Part shown: positions 61,595-64,000 of the stretch, piece after piece
Position numbering within the stretch: the first letter of the stretch is position 1
Layout: every line of letters begins with the position of its first letter
Assembly (NCBI GenBank): GCA_038087875.1
Contig: CM075989.1
Span: 19,780,001-19,844,000, forward strand
Length of the DNA: 64,000 nt
Source of the DNA: Malacoraja senta
Taxonomy: Eukaryota
Reading direction: 5' to 3'
Position numbers and translations under genes: made by a program
Notes under the pieces: model-generated
Seen by the model: the letters and a program-made list of their open reading frames with translations, nothing else
The model's database searches: none
What the model was told of the DNA's origin: nothing

Positions 61595-63020
61595 TCAAGT
61601 CAAGTCAAGTGAGTTTATTGTCATGTGTCCCTGATAGGACAATGAAATTCTTGCTTTTCTTCAGCACAACAGAACATAGTAGGCATTGACTACAAGGCAT
61701 TCCATAGATATATACACACATGAATCAATATACTGATAAAGTGCAAATAACAGTTAATTGGCTAATAAAGTTCAGAGTTTTGTCCGAGCCAGGTTTAATA
61801 GCCTGATGGCTGTGAGGAAGTAGCTATTCCTGAACCTGGTCGTTGCAGTCTTCAGGCTCCTGTACCTTCTACCTGAACGTAGTAGGGAGATGAGTGTGTG
61901 GCCAGGATGGTGTGGGTCCTTGATGATACTGCCAGTCTTTTTGAGGCAGCAACTGTGATAGATCCCCTCGATGGAAGGGAGGTCGGAGCCGATGATGAAC
62001 TGGGCAGTGTTTACTACTTTTTGTAGTCTTTTCCTCTCAAGTTGCCGAACCAAGCCACGATGCAACCGGTCAGCATGCTCTCTACTGTGCACCTGTAGAA
62101 GTTCGAGAGAGTCCTCCTTGACAAACCGACTCTCCGTAATCTTCTCAGGAAGTAGAGGTGCTGATGTGCTTTCTTAATAATGGCATCAGTGTTCTCGGAC
62201 CAGGAAAGATCTTCAGAGATGTGCACGCCCAGGAATTTGAAACTCTTGACCCTTTCAACCATCGACCCGTTGATATAAACGGGAGTGTGGGTCCCCATCC
62301 TACTCCTTCCAAAGTCCACGATCAGTTCCTTGGTTTTGCTGGTGTTGAGGGCCAGGTTATTGTGCTGGCACCATATGGACAGTTGCTCGATCTCTCTTCT
62401 ATACTCTGACTCATCCCCATCAGTGATACGTCCCACAACAGTGGTGTCGTCAGCGAACTTGATGATGGAGTTCGCACTATGTCCGGCTACGCAATCATGA
62501 GTATAGAGTGAGTACAGCAGGGGGCTGAGCACGCAGCCTTGAGGTGCTCCCGTGCTGATTGTTATCGAGTCTGACACATTTCCACCAATACGAACAAACT
62601 GTGGTCTGAGAGTGAGGAAGTCGAGGATCCAATTGCAGAAGGATGCGCAGAGACCCAGTTCTGTGAGTTTGGTAACCAGCTTGGAGGGGATGATTGTATT
62701 AAATGCCGAGCTGTAATCGATGAATAACAGCCTGACATATGAGTTTTTGTTGTCCAAGTGGTCCAGAGCGGAGATCGCATCCACCGTTGATCTGTTGTGG
62801 CGGTAAGCGAACTGCAGTGGGTCCAGGTTTTTGTCGAGGTAGGAGTTGATCTGCGTCATGATCAACCTCTCAAAGCACTTCATCACCACAGACGTTAGTG
62901 CCACAGGTCGATAGTCATTGAGGCACGTCACCTTACTCTTCTTGGGCACTGGTATAATTGATGCCCTTTTGAAGCAGGTGGGAACCTCAGACCTCAGAAG
63001 TGAGAGGTTGAAAATGTCCG
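61595..63020 (-). mobile_element. 5'-truncated Rex1/Babar LINE, RT frameshifted near 62035
   Basis: [62 protein letters not shown]; (CTTGA)n tail. Confidence 0.93.
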
Positions 63021-63244
63021 TAGGTTGAAAAAGGTCATAGGTTTTTTCAAAGCCACCAAACGCATCTACAAACCTTGTGCACACCTGTCTATCCGTTGAG
63101 TCATTTTATTTTTCTGCATCATAGTTGGCATTGACGAGTTGGGCCGAAGGGCCTGTTTCTGCGCTCTGTGACTATAAAAGTAAAGTAAGGCAGCATTAAA
63201 AGACAATATTTTACTCACTCTCCATAAAGTGCTGCGGACATTGA

Positions 63245-63490
63245 TGGTTCAATCCTGACTACGGCTGCTGTCTGTACGGAGTTTGTACGTTCTCCCCGTG
63301 ACCTGCGTGGGGTTTCTCCGTGATCTCCGATTTCCTCCCACACTCCAAAGACGTACAGGTTTGTAGACTAACTGGCTTGGTAAAATTGTAAATAGTCCCC
63401 AGTGTGTGTAGGATAGTGTTAATGTGCGGGGATCGCTGGTCGGCGCTGACTGGGTGGGCGAAGGGGCTGTATCTCAAAACTAAACTAAAC
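63245..63490 (+). mobile_element. HE1-type SINE lacking the A-box end
   Basis: B-box GGTTCAATCC, body, tail. Confidence 0.8.
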
Positions 63491-63548
63491 ATTGCATCCT
63501 CCAGAGGGACACACAAACATTGCATCCTCCAGAGGGACACACAAACAT
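63487..63548. repeat. 28-bp tandem duplication
   Basis: AAACATTGCATCCTCCAGAGGGACACAC x2. Confidence 0.85.
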
Positions 63549-64000
63549 GGACAAGAGAAAAACACAAAGTGCTATAAGAACTCAGCGGGTCAGGCAGCAT
63601 CTGCGAAGGGAAGTGGGCAGGCGACGTTTCGGGTTGGGACCCTTCTTCTGATGTCTGTCCGTGCCTTTCCGTGCTGTATCTTTAAACAAAACAAAGTGCT
63701 GGAGGAACTCAGCGGGTCAGGCAGCATCTATTGAAGGAACAGCAATCTTCAGAAGGGTCCTGCACCGAAGCATCATCTGTCCCATCCCCGCACAGACGTT
63801 GCCTGGCCCACTGAATTCCTCCAGTGCTTGTGTTTTGCTCACAATTCCAGCATCTGCACTTTCTTCTATTTCCAGGCGTGGACGGGTCATGGTCATTGTG
63901 TGGAAACAGGCCCTTCGGCCCAACTTGCCCACAACGGCCAACAATGTCCCTGCCACACTAGTCCCACTTGCCTGCGCTTAGAGTCTGTGCAAGCGATGAG

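Noticed and set aside
185..63981. Most short ORFs in the six-frame track (recurring LQTCTSLECGRKP, KCWSNSAGQAASLE peptides)
   Set aside because: They are translations of SINE and terminal-repeat sequence. Recurrence reflects repeats, not a gene family.

Overview
Eukaryotic, repeat-dense DNA with no recognisable protein-coding host exon. The tRNA-headed HE1-type SINEs share their 3' tail with HER1/CR1 LINE fragments, which points to a cartilaginous fish (inference). The only credible long ORFs are retrotransposon-derived: a 5'-truncated Penelope-like element (RT plus GIY-YIG, 5799-6995), a 5'-truncated L1-clade ORF2 (47655-49790, minus) and a Rex1/Babar RT (62014-63020, minus). A 200-N gap (42271-42470) is flanked by two near-identical copies of a ~6.9-kb block. 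These are probably two haplotypes, and only one carries the L1, which has a 342-bp target duplication. The most notable signal is a ~140-nt SINE-like retroposon in two copies (3127-3250 plus, 31801-31939 minus). Its 5' end is a 54-nt minimal HDV/CPEB3-type ribozyme fold that starts exactly at the target-site duplication. Many short Penelope terminal-repeat insertions carry a hammerhead-like core. A CpG-rich promoter/first-exon-like region lies at ~54.6-55.5 kb. Family names come from recalled consensus features, not database searches, and boundaries of old repeats are approximate.
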